The notes under the pieces are model-generated. The model was not told the origin of the DNA. It searched no databases and worked only from the letters and a program-made list of their open reading frames with translations. 64,000 bases of DNA from the human T2T-CHM13v2.0 reference genome, Homo sapiens: positions 2,784,001 to 2,848,000 of the forward strand of contig CP068257.2 of the NCBI GenBank assembly GCA_009914755.4. Reading direction: 5' to 3'. How positions within the stretch are numbered: the stretch's first letter is position 1; each line of letters starts with the position of its first letter. This document shows positions 37,201 to 52,215 of this stretch, piece by piece. A program made the translations under genes and the position numbers.

Positions 37201-40200
37201 CAGCATGAGCAACTTCCAGGAAAATGTCACAGGAGGAAACTCTGGGGCCTTGCTCATCACCAGAAACCTTGAAAATCCTGATGCAACCTGTAGGGTTAAC
37301 CTTATCAACACTTAGTTTTTTACCATATAGATTTATCTTCATAAAAAATATTTTCTTTGGACCTTTATTTTGTTATATGCCATGAAGAATAAATCATTTA
37401 TTTCCTTTGCGATAAGAACATCACATTTTTACACCTCAAGTATTAATGGTTCCATCCCCCATGTAGTTTTTGTTGCGATGGCCTGAATGTTTATGTCCCT
37501 TTGCAAATTCCTATGTGGATAATTTTAGGCGTGTGGCCTTTGGGGAAGTGGTGAGGCCAAGAGTTCTTCATCTTCATGAATGGAATCAGTGCTCTTTCAA
37601 GGGAAGTTGAAGGCAATGCCCTTGTCCCGTGTGCAAGATGGTACCATCTATGGGGAACAGGGCTCTCAACATATACTAAATTTTCTGCTGCCTTGATCTT
37701 GCACTTTCCGGACTCCATAACTGTGAAAAATACATTTCTGTTGTTTATCCTTTACCCAGTCTGAGGTATTTTGTTATAGCAGCCTGGATGCACTATGACA
37801 CTTTCTTAGGCACTTTGGTCTATTTCTGAATTTTTAGTTTCAGTGACATATGAGTTTTTAATCAATCAAGATTTTTCACAGAGCTTGCCAGTCTTGTTTT
37901 TTGCTTTTTTTTCAGAGTTTTCTTGTCTATTCTTATGTGTGTTTTCATCTATATAATATTTTATAGTAACGTGTACTTCCAATATTTAATGGTATCTGTA
38001 TAGGAACAAAATTGAATTTATAAATAAACTTAAGGACAATTGATGTTGATAATATTGAGATTTGCTGCCTAAGAATATGATACAAATTGTCTATTTGCTT
38101 ATGTCTACATTCATATATTTCATAAACTTTCTATGTTTTTCTCATATTCTGTACACATTTTTGTAATGTTTATTCCTAGTTTATTTTATTCTGCTAAAAA
38201 GTAATTTGAGACACAATGAAATTGCAAAGTGTCTATTTGAGTAAGAGCAATTGATAAATTATAAAATATCAGACCAAAAGATATTTAGTGCTTCTCTGAC
38301 AGAGTAAGAAGCAAGTATTTATTGAAAAAATGTAGAAACAAAAAAATCATTTGATTGGTGGTAACACAACTTTTTTATTGTTTTTTGTTCGTCTGTTTAT
38401 CTTGTTGGACAGTTTCTATTTATATAAGGATGTTGGCTACTCCTGATTGGTTGAGCTTCATTTCTCTTTTTTAAATAGGCAGCTACAAGAAATATTTAAG
38501 TTTTGCTTGTATTTGCAAATCAAGCAAGGTTGAGATCACTTATGAGACCTAACTAATTTCGTGTGCTCAGAGATTATTGAGACGTGATCTCCATTTTAAT
38601 TTATTTTAACAAATTTTCTGTACTTTTAATTCCCATCCAAACTGTAACTTATAAATTATTATTGTTGTACATATGTAGGCCCATGTTGTGTATGCTTTGA
38701 AGACATGTCCTGCTTTCAAACTCATTTGTATTATGTTATTATTGAATTTGCCCCATTTATTGGAATTATATACTGCAATCTCCCAACTACAAGAGGTATG
38801 AGTTCTGAGGAGATCACAGTAAAGATGAGTCAGAAGTGAAAACGGTTCTCCAACTCACACATGCAGTAAAAACAAATTTCACGTGGATATAATGAGTAAT
38901 TATTTAAAATTTAAAATACCCTAAAAACATTAACGTTTATCTCATTACTATGTAATATGGAAATTACAAGACAAAAAAACCCAAAGACTTATTTTTAAAA
39001 TAGAAATGGAGCTTTTTATATGATGAAATGGTCCATAATTTAAATGTAAAAAGTGAATAGGAAATATATGAAATAAAATAAAATTATTTGTAAAAGTGAC
39101 AATGCCCGTATTAGATTTAACAATATCTTACAATGAAATAAGTTGAAACCTACAAAATAGAAGAAAGTTTAAAATTAGGCAAATATTATGAGCCAGGTGA
39201 AGATTAAATACATATATCAATAAGCATTTAATGTATTTTGTCTTAGATTTTATATGAAATAATAAAAAGTAAGCAAACCAATAGCAAGGTAATTTCACCC
39301 TGATTGATTCAAACTGAAAAAATATTAACATTTCTCCATGAGAAGTTGGATTCATGGATTGGCCTCATGCTGCATTCAAGGCACTTTGGCCAGGACCCAA
39401 CACTCATTGCCAAGAGTCAACAGGCTAGAAGTTTGCTTTTAAGATGTTCCCCGGCCTGCAACCCAGACACTTTGTCTTGACTACTTCTTCAACTCTGACA
39501 TAGGTTTTGCTGATATAAATGCAAACCCAGCTCTATACCTACCAAGCATCTACATGGCTAGAGCTGCACATTGAATATTTAGGCATTAGGCAAGAGGTCT
39601 TCCCAGGTTTCCAAGCAGACTTTCTAGAATTTCCCAAAAATACTGACATTGTCTTTTTCAGACCCAATCTCCCAAAGAGAATCAGAGAGATGGTCTGGAA
39701 GCCATTTAGAATCTCCAGCCTCCAATTTAGTAACAATGGACTTGGATACAAAGAGGCAACCTACTGACCTCAAAGACACCAGCCCAGATTCTGGGCATTG
39801 AATTCCTGCCTCCCCATGAAAGATCTCATCTGAGTCACATCAAAGCCCACACTCTTCTTCAACGTTCACCTTCCAGACACGCTCCAAAACAGCCCCTCAG
39901 AATTGTCTTGAGATGAAACAAAAGGTGATGAAGCTCCAGGTTTGGAATGCCTGCCTCATTCCTCACTCCTGAAAAGTCTACACCTGCTGGTTAGAACTCT
40001 CATACATTAGGGAGCCCGGGTTCTCAGAGTGCATCCTCTAACAGGACCTCCTGGCCTTTTCCTCCTTGGAGGAGAGTGCCCAAGAATAAGAGGGAATACA
40101 TGGCCTCCACTCTCACTTGACTTGATTGACTGATGAACTGATGTCTGAGGAGGAAACATATGTAGGGAACAGCCTGGGTCTTTTGAATCCCTGTTCCCCA

Positions 40201-40805
40201 GCTATGATGCCTGTGCAAATGGAGGGAGAATCCCCAAGTATTGTTGGGAGGTAGACAGACACTGGCTAACACAATTAAGTAAATATAAGGTGACTTGCAG
40301 GGGAATTTATCATATGTCATATACAAAATTTTAGTTAGTGAACTTTATTTAAAAACAGTCACAATTTGTAAGGGGAGTAAAGTATAATTTTAATGGGGAG
40401 CTATGAAAATTATCTGCACTTGCTATGTAAATGATTGAGTTAGGGGTAACAATCTGAAGGTCATGAGCTTGATATCTGCTACTTAATTTCATAAGACATT
40501 TACTTGCAAATGGTTGTCATTTTTGCTCTCACCATATGAAAATTTTTTCTTGCTAAGAGCATTACTATGAAAGAAAAACTAGAAATTTTGCCAATTTCGG
40601 TTATTAAAACAATAAAACTGGTTTGTTTGTTATTCTTAACCAAATGCTCCTACAGATGGCACATAGTACCCATGCTTTGATTGTTTTTTTCCCACCTTAA
40701 GTCAATTGCCTTTCATTTTATTCATCAAACTGTTTTTACTGTAGATAGACATTGCAGTTGTCATGTGCCCTATGGATTTGTACTTTATTAGAAATATGAA
40801 TTCTC

Positions 40806-40930
40806 AGGCCGAGTATATTGGCTCACGTCTGTAATCCCAGCACTTTGCGAGGTGGAAGAGAGTGGATCACCTGAGGTCAGGAGTTCAAGACCAGCCTGAC
40901 CAACATGGTAAAACCCCATCTCTCTACTAT
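40806..40930 (+). mobile_element. Truncated Alu (left arm only).
   Basis: 'ggccgagtatattggctcacgtctgtaatcccagcactttgcgaggtggaagagagtggatcacctgaggtcaggagttcaagaccagcctgaccaacatggtaaaaccccatctct'. Confidence 0.8.
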
Positions 40931-42167
40931 TTACAGTTCGCATTGTACCTTGCAATGAATATACATTTTATCCAAAAAGCCTAAAAAATAATGAAATTGG
41001 GGGTGGGGGCATGGCTGGAAGTATAGATAAAACAAAAATGACACATGACTAGCAGCTGTTAAAGCTGGCTGACTGGTCTGTTATACTTTTTTTGTATTGT
41101 GTATACGTTTTTAGTGATCTGTAATAAAACACTTGTACAAAATGACAAAGTTTATCTACACTTAGCTCTTAAGGTCTTGGTTACCTTTGGGAAGGAGAAA
41201 GTGTCAGGGGCATGAACAAATCTGATTCTTAGATACACAAGTGTATTTATTTAGTAATAATTCATCAAACATTCCCTAAATGCTTTGTGCCTATATTGCT
41301 GTATGCATGTTATATATCAATAAAAATGTAAAGAATGCATATTTGCATAACAATCCTAAATTAATATTTTAGAAAAATAGCAATGTTTTGTTTTGTTTTC
41401 AAGTGGGGCGTGTTCACTCAGGACATCATCAGGTGTATGTTAATGTTCCAAGTTATTTATTTATGTTTTAACTTTTGGGTGAGCCCCCCTGGGTCTTTTA
41501 ATTTTTACTTCAACACAGTAAGTAGCATGGTTTTAACTTTTTGGAATGCAGCTTTGTTTTCATCAAGGTTCTCCCCGAAGAATGATGCTCACCCACGCCA
41601 GGGCACACAGTGACCCGTGCACAGGATGCACTGAGCACACACGGCACTGGGTGAACCAGGAACAGAAGGAGAAGCCAGCCTGGGTCTGCAAAATATACTT
41701 TGCAGGAAAAGCAGGTAAAATGGAAAGGTCACAATTCAGCAGCAAACGTTTTCACATTCATTGGAGAAATCATTTCTAACAAAAGCTGCTCGTTAAAGCC
41801 ATGGTTTTCTGGCTTGCCTACACATTGTAATCACCTGCACGACTTTCAACCGTATTTTTTTCAGATCCAGCTCCAAGGATTCTGATTTAGTTGTGCGGTT
41901 ACAACTTGGGTTTAAGGGATTTTGAAAGTTTTCCTCCCCGCAGGTGATTCTCTTGCGCCAGGGGTAAGAAGAGCTGGATAGGGGTGAGGGATGCTTTAGC
42001 TGTGAGAGATAGCCATGTACGCTTCAGGATTTGCCCCATCGCATATCTGGAGTTCGGGGTCTTAGAAAGCTTTCTTGCCCTGTTAAAAATTAAAGGATGG
42101 CTTCAATACATACTTAGCTGCTTGGCTACATTGCAGAAAAACAAATTGCCTTTCCAGAGATCAGTTT

Positions 42168-42472
42168 TTTGAGACAGGGTTTTGCTCTGTCAGCCAGGCT
42201 GGAGTGCAGTTGTGTGATCATGGTTCATTGCAGCCTTGACCTCCCAGGCTCAGGTGATCCTCCAGCTCCAGCCTTCTGAGTAGTTGGGACTGAAGTCATG
42301 CACCACCAGGCCTGGCTAATTTTTCAAATTTTTTTTTTTTTTTTTTTTTTGTAGAGATGGCTTTCTCTATGCTGCCTGGGCTGGTCTCAAACTCCTGGTC
42401 TCAAGTGATCCTCCCACCTCAGTCTCCCTAATAGTTCGACCTACAGGTACAGGGAAGCATGCCCGGTGTATT
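42168..42472 (-). mobile_element. Alu (older, AluJ/S-like) in minus orientation with a long internal T-rich linker.
   Basis: 'tttttttgagacagggttttgctctgtcagccaggctggagtgcag...ggctaatttttcaaa(t)22gtagagatgg...ctcaagtgatcctcccacctcagtctccc'. Confidence 0.85.
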
Positions 42473-44699
42473 TATTAAAATGTAGTTACCAGAATATTTA
42501 AAATTCACTTGTGCCTCTCATATTATTTCTTAGAGAATTGCCTCCCTTTTGAAATCTCAGGCTGCCTGCTCTAAAACCTGGATGTGCCAGGAAAGTAAAA
42601 CATCTGAAATTTTAAAACAATTGTCATTATATTGATTCCATATATGAATAACACATATATATTATTCATTAATACAAATAATCTTACATACAAATGTAAA
42701 TGCAAATATTTTACAGGCAGGGCCAGTTTCTAGTTCACAGAGGAAGCCCTGCCAGAAAAGGATCCAGAAAAAACCTATAATTCTTGCTTTATTCAACCCA
42801 GTGTCAAATCACATATGTCACTCATGGTCTGAGGCGGCAGGGTAGGGAATTGAACTACATCCAATCATGGGTCTTGGAGTGGAAACTATCTAATCAGGTG
42901 CACAGCTGGAGAAGAATGGGCAGCTTTTTGGAAGTACGGAGGCCTTGGCCTGTCTCTCCACTCAGAGCTCAGGACACTAGAGCCACCTCAACATAATCAC
43001 CTGTTTTTTAGTTATTTTAACACTCCAAAAGGGAACTAGTTTTCTCATGCATTTTCCAAATGTGTGGCAGGCAGAGACTCAAATCTAACTCCCTGTTGCC
43101 CCAGCCTAACTCTGGCTTGCAATCAGATTTTAAATTTCCAGTTCTTTCCTGACACTCACCAACACTAACTAACCTTCCATAATTCACAACATTATCAACT
43201 GTTCTTTATTGTACATTTCAGACACAGTATTTCAATTCTTCTTTTTGTCAAAAAGCAGTGGATGTCATTTAAAAAAATTTTTTCTCATTTGTAAACATTT
43301 TACAGGAGATGAAAGCAGAGAATAATCCCCTGACACCCCACTGTAAAAAAAATAAATAAAAAGCGGAAAACCTTTGTGCCCCTTTGTTTAAACTTCTCTT
43401 GGCACAGACACCCCATCAGAAAGCCTTTGGGTTCAGGTTTCATTTTGGAAACTTCACAGGGCAATACATCCTCAGCCATCCTGTTATTTTCTTGGTTTTG
43501 AATTTCAAAACTGTTTGAGGATTCCCCAAGATGCCAACAGTGGCCATGACTCTTGAAGTGTCTAGTAAATAGCATCCCTTGTGTCATCTCCTCTCAGGGA
43601 ACAGCCCAAAGTATGGGAATGCAGCCTCTCTGTGGAGTGGTTGTTTGAGCTGTGCCTGGAAGGAATCTCTAGGTATACCCTTGCGCTAAAAGCAAACCCA
43701 TTAGGTCATTAAGATTTTCTTACCCCAAAGCTTAGTTTCCATTCCTTAGAGACACATTGCAGGCCAGGCAAATGGATGCTGATATTGAGGAAAAAATGTT
43801 CTCAGATTGGTGAAGGGAGAGAAAATATTTCAAAGGACAAAGAAACCCAACCTAGTGAGGCAGTGCAAAAACCTGCAAAGTAAAATGCACCTCAGGGACA
43901 CAGAGGAGCACAGGGTAGCGGCTCCTGGTAGGATGGTCATGACCCACTTCACTGAACCAGATGTGAGTGGGGAAAATATCCCAAGTAATAGAATGGCTTG
44001 ACTTGACCCTTGGGTCTGATATGTCTGTGTTTCAATCGGCACTGTCACCTTCTAATTTTGTCACCTTGAAAATGTTTTTGTACTTACTTTAACTTCACTT
44101 TTTAATTAACTGTAAATTATGTTTTATCAGTAGAGCTTGAAAGGTATGAAAATATTTATAAAGCACATTAAGTTGGTGAATTTTGAATAAAATTAAGTAG
44201 TAATATATTTCACTTGTTAAAAATTGTTACTTGCCTATTTCTTTAGCAGAATGAGTGTTGTACATTTCCCAGGACTGTTTTTTATTTGTCTGAGAGGTGA
44301 TTTCAAGCAGAATCTCACGGCTTACTGTTGGGAATGTTACCAGGTGTATAGATAGGGATAGTCTCTCTTCCACTACGGTGGTAGGAAATGAATACATACC
44401 TACAAGCACGTGAGGTAGATTAATTGTTAAATTACATAAATTTATCACATCAGTTATTCTTTTTTCAAAACAGAGAACTTCTGATAGTGAATATCTCTGT
44501 TCCATATGCTGTCATCTGGGTGTTTGAGGGTAACGCTAAGTTTTAGGAGCTGGGACTTGGCACCGCCTGGAAGTGTTCACATATGATTGTTTACTAAATG
44601 ATTTGTTATGAACATAATTAAATTACATGTTTATTTTCTGAAAGGAATAGATACTTTGGCTTTTCTTGTTGAGTTATAAAATGTAAGCCCCTTATAACT

Positions 44700-45003
44700 T
44701 TCTTTTTTAATTTTAATTTTATTTTTTAGACTTAGTTTCACTCTTGTTGCCCAGTCTGGAGTGCAATGGCACGATATTGGCTCACTGTAACCTCCACCTC
44801 CCGGAAGCAATTCTCCTGCCTCGGCCTCCCAAGTAACTGGGATTACAGGAATACACGACCACCCCCGTTTAAGTTTGTATTTTTAGTAGAGACTGTGTTT
44901 CTTCATGTTAGTGAGGCTGGTCTCGAACTCCTGACCTCAGGTAATCTGCCCGCCTCAGCCTCCCAAAATGCAGGGATTACAGGCATGAGCCACCATGCCC
45001 GAC
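44700..45003 (-). mobile_element. Alu in minus orientation.
   Basis: 'gacttagtttcactcttgttgcccagtctggagtgcaatggcacgat...cctcccaaaatgcagggattacaggcatgagccaccatgcccgacc'. Confidence 0.9.
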
Positions 45004-47124
45004 CATAATTTCCTCTCTTTTAAACCTTAGATTTGAATGATTTTTGCTGGATTCTTCAAACATGAAGTATTTTTTAAATTGAAAACTAATTGAATGACTT
45101 TAACTGGTAAGTAGAAGTCTTAGACCATTGACTAAAAGCTAAGGCTAACGTTGACCCTGCAAAAGGGGGCCACTGAAGGCCCAGTTGATTATTCCTGGGT
45201 GTCTGCCCTGCAGACATCAAAGTCTGCTCACACCAACCATAGAAGGAGCCTTTGTCACTGTCAGAAGATACAGAGCTTTGGTAAGCTGGAAGTTCACAGG
45301 CAGATGCAGTTGGGGTTGACATAGAAGAAATGTTGGGATATTCTTTCTAGAATGGAGTTGTTATTGTCCTGAGACTGTTTATAGACTTTGTATAAGAAGT
45401 TACTTAAGAAGTGTTGTAACAAGGAAAAAGTACAAATGATTAGATCTTTGAGGATCTCAAACGTTAGGTGGAAAAGGGTTTTATTTCATAAGGAGGAGAA
45501 AACAAGTTTACAAAGAAGGTTGGAAGGGAAGCACAGGATGGAGGGTAGCAAAATCAGATCCCAGATAAGATAATGTTTCATCTTGAAGTCAGCCTGTTCT
45601 TAGGAGGGATATGTATAAATATGGGTTGTAGGTTCTCTGAGGCTGTGGGTGAGTCAAAGTTCAGGGGCTGAGGGAAGAAGGGGAACAAGCAAAGTTTTGT
45701 TAACAAGTACTCTGTTTTGACCACTGAAGACTAAATTACAGAATGGTTGTTCATTTTTAAAAATAGGAATTTGTAATCTGTGTCCGTCTTTGTGATAGGT
45801 TAAAAAAAAAAGGGGGGGAACATCCACAAAGTCATAATGGGAAGCACGTTTCTCTTCACTAAGCTGTTCTTTGAGAACACAAAGAATGGGGGAATTTCTT
45901 TAAATATAGCTATTTCCAGGATTACCTTCACCCACAACTGTTCCTTTTCCTAGACATCTCTTTCATTTGTCAGCTTCTGAGTTGTATTTTTATAATAAAG
46001 TGGTAAATATAATTAGACTTATTTGTTGAGTTTTTTTGAGTAATTCAATCAAATTATTTAACTTGAAAAGGGGTTTATGGGAGTCTCAGATTTATAGGCA
46101 GTAGCTCAGAAGTATAGATGGGCTTCTGGGACATGTGACTAACCTCTGCAGTGAGAGGGGTGATGTGGGACTGAGCCCTGAATTTGTGGGATCTGTGCGA
46201 ACTCTAAGTTGTGTCAGAATTAAATTTTGGGGCAAGAAATGGGTGTTGGAGAAGCAGTGGGTTTTCAGGGAACTTTACACATTTAGGATCAAAAGTGTTG
46301 TAAGGAGAAACACAATGTGGGGGCCTTTGCTGGAGAGAGACTCCAGGTGTCTCGGGGAAGGTAGACTCTGCTCTGCACACAGGCTGCTACGCCATGCACT
46401 GCCCTGTGGTTCCAGGCATCCTCCCATGGTAAGAAGGACCGACGACTCTGAGGGAACAAGTTCTGAGAACAGATGCCTTCTACCCTCCTGCCAACCTGAG
46501 GCCACCACATGTTTTTCACCCACTGAACATATGATGTGGTCAAGCCCCTCCCAGCACAGGGCTTCGGCATAAAGATTGTGGCCCATGCTACCTATCCTCA
46601 TAGACTTTCCCACCAAAAAGCTACACACGTGCCTACAAGACCCCTGGCATATGTTCTACCTCAGACACCGAATCTGCAGGGGCAACATAGTTTTTTCACC
46701 ATCCCAGATTTCTGTGCCACCTGATCATAATCTCGTCTTCCTGCATGAACGTAGAAATAACTCATAGAAAAGTTTCACCTGGTTCAGTATCTGTAGCATG
46801 AACCAGTCCTTCCACCAACCCTGTACTGTCTCCCAATTGTGGGTTCTTAATAGCACCTTCCCCTCTTTTACCTTTTAGTTCACCTCAAACTCTTTCTTTT
46901 ATGTGCACACAGTGTGCCCAAGGCCACCCCTCAGTTGCCTGAATCCAGCACCTACCAAAATTCAGATGTCCAGTAGTTCAAGACCATGGGCCTAGATTAA
47001 GTTTTTGTAGAAGGCAATACAAATTAGAAATGAGAGACTCTATTCTCCCATTTGAAAATAAAAAAAGATTTTTTTCTTTTCCCTTTTCTTAAACAATGTA
47101 ATCTGGAAAACTTTTATTAGTAAT

Positions 47125-47738
<614 letters not shown>

Positions 47739-47924
47739 AAAACTTTTATATGTACCTTTTTTTCTCTGCTTCTTTGAAATATAAGCAAATCATTTTAACA
47801 GCTAAATAAGCCTTTTGTCATTCTTCATGACAGAGAATTGTCTTTATCTAAGACCTGGAAACTATTGCTTTGTTTTTTAATTTGGCAAAGATTTATTTAT
47901 TTTTTATTTTCAGTCCTTTGAAGT

Positions 47925-48230
47925 AGGCACAGCGCAGTACAGTGGCTCATGTTTTTAATCCTAGTGCTTTGGGAGGCTGAGATGAGAGAATTGCTTGGGC
48001 CCAGGAGTTTGAGACCAGCCTGGGCAGCATAATGAGACACTTTCCTTATAACAAATTAAAATCAACTAGCAGGGCATGGTGACACAGGAGGCTGAGGTGA
48101 GAGAATCATTTGAGCTCAAGAGTTTGAGGCTGCAATGAGCCATGATCACACCACTCTACCACTGTACTCCAGCTTGGATGACAGAGGGAGACCCTGTCTC
48201 TAAATAAATAAGCAAATAAAAAAATGTGTT
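47925..48230 (+). mobile_element. Alu in plus orientation. It lies about 190 bp from the minus-strand Alu cluster, forming an inverted Alu pair.
   Basis: 'ggcacagcgcagtacagtggctcatgtttttaatcctagtgctttgggaggctgag...actccagcttggatgacagagggagaccctgtctctaaataaataagcaaataaaaaaa'. Confidence 0.9.
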
Positions 48231-49194
48231 TTTCCATACATAAAAATAAGTTAATAAACAGATAAATAAAATAGACATGGATTTGCTTAGAATAAAGCTA
48301 ATTATAAGATAACAGAAAAGTGAGCACCAAAGATGGGGTTCACCTTAGCAAGTGATTCCAGCCTATTAGGACACTCACAGAATTTTCCCTGCAGCATGAC
48401 CGACATGAAAGTAGAATGTCATCATGTCAGGCTGTACCAGCTTTGGAAGACTAAACACTGTGGGGAAGAACCTCCCTTATGGAATATTATCAACAGGTGA
48501 GAGCCCAGCTCCTGCCCTGATGGGCTACAGAGATGAATTCTTGAGATAACACATTGCAGAAACATGCATAGAGTAGTTTAACCTTTTTTGTGTGTAACCC
48601 TTTCTCCATTTTCCTGCGAAATCCTCCCTAGTAATAGTGTTAGCTTTTAAGTTTTGAGGGTCTGGTAGGACTGAAGCTGCATGCTGCAGGAGATACCTGG
48701 GGCAGGAAACTAATACAAACTGCAGCCACAGGCACAAATACTCATGGTCTAATGTAAAGTGAAAACAATAGAAAGGTCTTTACTGTTATTCACCCAAGTG
48801 AGTGAACAGAGACTTTCCATATAACCAACTTGCCACTGAGACTAATGAAGGCCAGATTCCACTGGATCAAGAATATGAGTTACTCATGGGAAGATCACAG
48901 GACACAGCCCAGAGAGTTTTCATATTGGAGTCTGGGTACTGGATCTGTCCCGGTCTTCTTGGGTTTCTGTCTGTAGAGACCGCTATGTGGCTGCTCTTAC
49001 CACAGCCCGGTGCTGGCTGTGGTTGCTGGTTTAGTGCACCTGCTCTTTTTCCAAAAAGAGGGAGGAGTTGGCCACATCAAGCAGCTCCTAATCAATCTGA
49101 ATGCAGCTCTGTAAAAAGTGCCTAGAAACCATGCAAAGAAAAGTCAGTGGTCTGCCTTGTTTTCACCGTATGTGACACCTCCACTAGAAATTCT

Positions 49195-49313
49195 GCTTTT
49201 CTCTGCACTGCAGCCTGGGTGACAGAGCGAGGCTTCCTCAAAAAACAAAAAGAAAAAGAAAAAGAGAGAAAGAAAGACATAAGGAAGTAAGGAAGAAGAA
49301 AGAAAGAAAGAAA

Positions 49314-49373
<60 letters not shown>

Positions 49374-49445
49374 AGAAAGAAAGAAAGAAAGAAAGAAGAA
49401 AGAAAAAGAAAGAAAGAAAATAAAAGAGAAAAGAAAAGAAAAGAA
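49195..49445 (+). repeat. (GAAA)n microsatellite of about 200 bp. It grew from the tail of a severely 5'-truncated Alu (only the last roughly 35 bp remain). It is flanked by the TSD 'gaaattctgct(t/c)ttc'.
   Basis: 'ctgcactgcagcctgggtgacagagcgaggcttcctcaaaaaacaaaaagaaaaag', then 'aaagaaagaaag...'. The flank 'gaaattctgcttttctctgcac' at 49185 is repeated as 'gaaattctgctcttcagat' at 49443. It creates the artefact ORF 49238-49498. Confidence 0.8.
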
Positions 49446-50624
49446 ATTCTGCTCTTCAGATTAGGCACATAAGGAGAATCTGTATAAATCTCCAGCAAGG
49501 AAGGAAACCAGAGGACAAGTTAAAGTCTTGGAATTCACATCTGAGTACACAGACTCGGTCTCCAACCCTCTTCTTTTTATTCTGCCAGCTATGGCCTAGG
49601 TATGAACATGACAAGTACACAAGAGTTCCAACACCTGACAATCTGCTTCAATAAAAGAAGAGTGCCCTCCCTCTTGCTCCCCATACAACTCATGGTACTA
49701 AGAAATGGTGTGGGTCTTCCCAGATGAGTTGACAAGAGAGGCCTGGCTCTGGGGCCTGTCCTGGGCTGCCCTGTGTTATTTGTAGGTGCACCCGGCCAAT
49801 AGCCAGGGGCATCAATGATGAGGCCTGAGTTGACATCCGTGTTTTCAGATAAGGCTTTTGCACTGAGCCTTTGTAAGGTCAAAACTCAGAAATTTCAGGG
49901 CACAATGAAAGAACATCTCACTCTCTTGAGCATCTCTCACTAACAGCGGTGGATACAGAGCTGTCTCAAGAATGTGGGTTCCTGGTTTCTTAACTGATGT
50001 TGGGTTGTCACCAAGAAAGTGTGTTAAACTCTTCAAGGTTCCATCTACTGGGTCCCTTCTTTCTGTAAGACCTACCCAAAGGTCGCACTATGCTACTAAC
50101 TGCTCAGTCTCCTCTTCTATGTCAACTCTTCATTTGTACACAAATATGCAAACAAAACTTCCCCTTAATTCCCTGGAAAGAACTAAATGCAGCCTGGGTT
50201 CCAGGATATAAGAGACAGCTGGAACATAAACTTGTTTTTCTTACCATCTCTGGGACCTAATAAAAGTCACTGTGTATTTGAGGCTTCCCCAGCCTCCTAG
50301 CATGCACACTGGGGATGATGCTAACATCTACTTCCTAGGGATTGTATTAGATGTATATAAGATAAAACATAAAAATCATGATGTGGTGTTACCTGTAGAT
50401 AATGCACACACTTAGAGATGGAAGCATTAGGAGAATACGTAGGAGGTAGCATGGGCCACAACTCAAACAGTCCTGGGTCTGGCAGGGTGATCTTGGGAAT
50501 GTCACTTCTCCACTGGGCTTCATTTTCATTCTGCTCCAGTATGAAGTTGAAATTAAATGTAGATACTGTCCTCTGACATTCATATAGTTTAGCTGTGTGT
50601 TCCACCCAAACTTCTCTGTGTATT

Positions 50625-50925
50625 ATAACTGCCAGGTGTTAAGGGAGAAACCTGAGGGGAGATGATTGGATTATCGGGACGGGTTCTCCTCATGCTGTTC
50701 TTGTGATAGTGAGTTCTCATGAGATCTGATAGTTTCATAAGCATCTGGTATATCCCCTGCTCTCACTCACTTCACTTGTCAGCCACTGTAATTGGAAGGT
50801 TTCTGAGGTGCCCCTCCAATTATGTGGAACTGTGAGTCAATTAAACTTCTTTTCTTTATCAATTACCCAGTCTCAGGTACTTCCTCATTGCAGTATGAGA
50901 ATGATCTAATACAGCCATTCAACTT
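50625..50925 (+). mobile_element. MaLR LTR fragment (THE1/MST-like, 5'-truncated).
   Basis: 'ggggagatgattggattatcgggacgggttctcctcatgctgttcttgtgatagtgagttctcatgagatctgatagtttcataag...atgtggaactgtgagtcaattaaacttcttttctttatcaattacccagtctcaggtact' matches the THE1/MST LTR consensus as I recall it. Confidence 0.75.
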
Positions 50926-51870
50926 TCTAGTGCTTTCTCCTTATATTTAGAATCATATCCATGTGCCTTCTCACGTCTATGACAGGGGAAGTCTTCACAA
51001 AATCTCACAGTACTAGGTGGTTAGTGACTCAGTTTTTTATTGAATAAAATGGCCTACTGCCTGATGACAGTAGTATGGCCCTTGGGTTTTGACGAAAATA
51101 TCATGTTGTAGGTTGGCCAACAAGGAGATAGCAGTCCAGCTGAAATTTGTTTTTTTATACTGGCTTTAAGACAGTGATTAGAAAAGGCCTAAGAGGTGGG
51201 TTCTGTAAGGGATTGCTGGAAGGAAAGTAGGAATATGGAAAGTAATGAGACATATACAGTCATCTCTTCTTGCTTCCTCTCAGGTCACATGCAAATTCAG
51301 GGAGAGTTAGTATGAAACACACAATGGAAATTTGGGCTCTAACATATGCAATCTGATTCTTCATGGACTTCATTTGGCCATATCAGTTCCAACAATTTCA
51401 GCCAATGTTTAAAAATCTTATAAGCAGATAAAATTTTAGTGTTTCAACAAGCCATTTCCTATCTTTCATTCTGAAAATCCATTTTAAGTCATTTTTTTTA
51501 ACAGCATAGGGGTACAAATTCAGCTTCTGTCCAATGAAATACAGAAAAGGATATCACTTTTGTATTAGTTCAGGCTGCTATGGCAAAGAACCATAGATAA
51601 GCAGCTTATAGACAATAGGACTTAATTTCTCATACTTCTATAGGTTCGAAATTTGAGATCAGGTTGTCAGCATGGTTGAGCTCTGGTGATGACTTGCTTC
51701 TGAATTTCAGACTGCAGACTTCAAGTTTTATCCTCATTTTGCAGAAAGAGGATGAGAGCCCTCTGCGGTTTCTTGTATAAAGCCAGTAATCTCTATTATG
51801 AAGGTCCCACCCTCAGGAGTTAAGTACATCTTTCATCCGTATAGCATTACAACGGGGGTTACAATTTTAA

Positions 51871-52215
<345 letters not shown>

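Noticed and set aside
46135-46628. 145 aa plus ORF and 117 aa minus ORF overlapping at 46135-46628.
   Set aside because: I recognise no homology and they have no supporting start or splice context. The two strands overlap extensively, which is typical of chance ORFs in moderately GC-rich sequence.
49238-49498. 86 aa ORF rich in F/L/S.
   Set aside because: It is the translation of the (GAAA)n microsatellite on the opposite strand.
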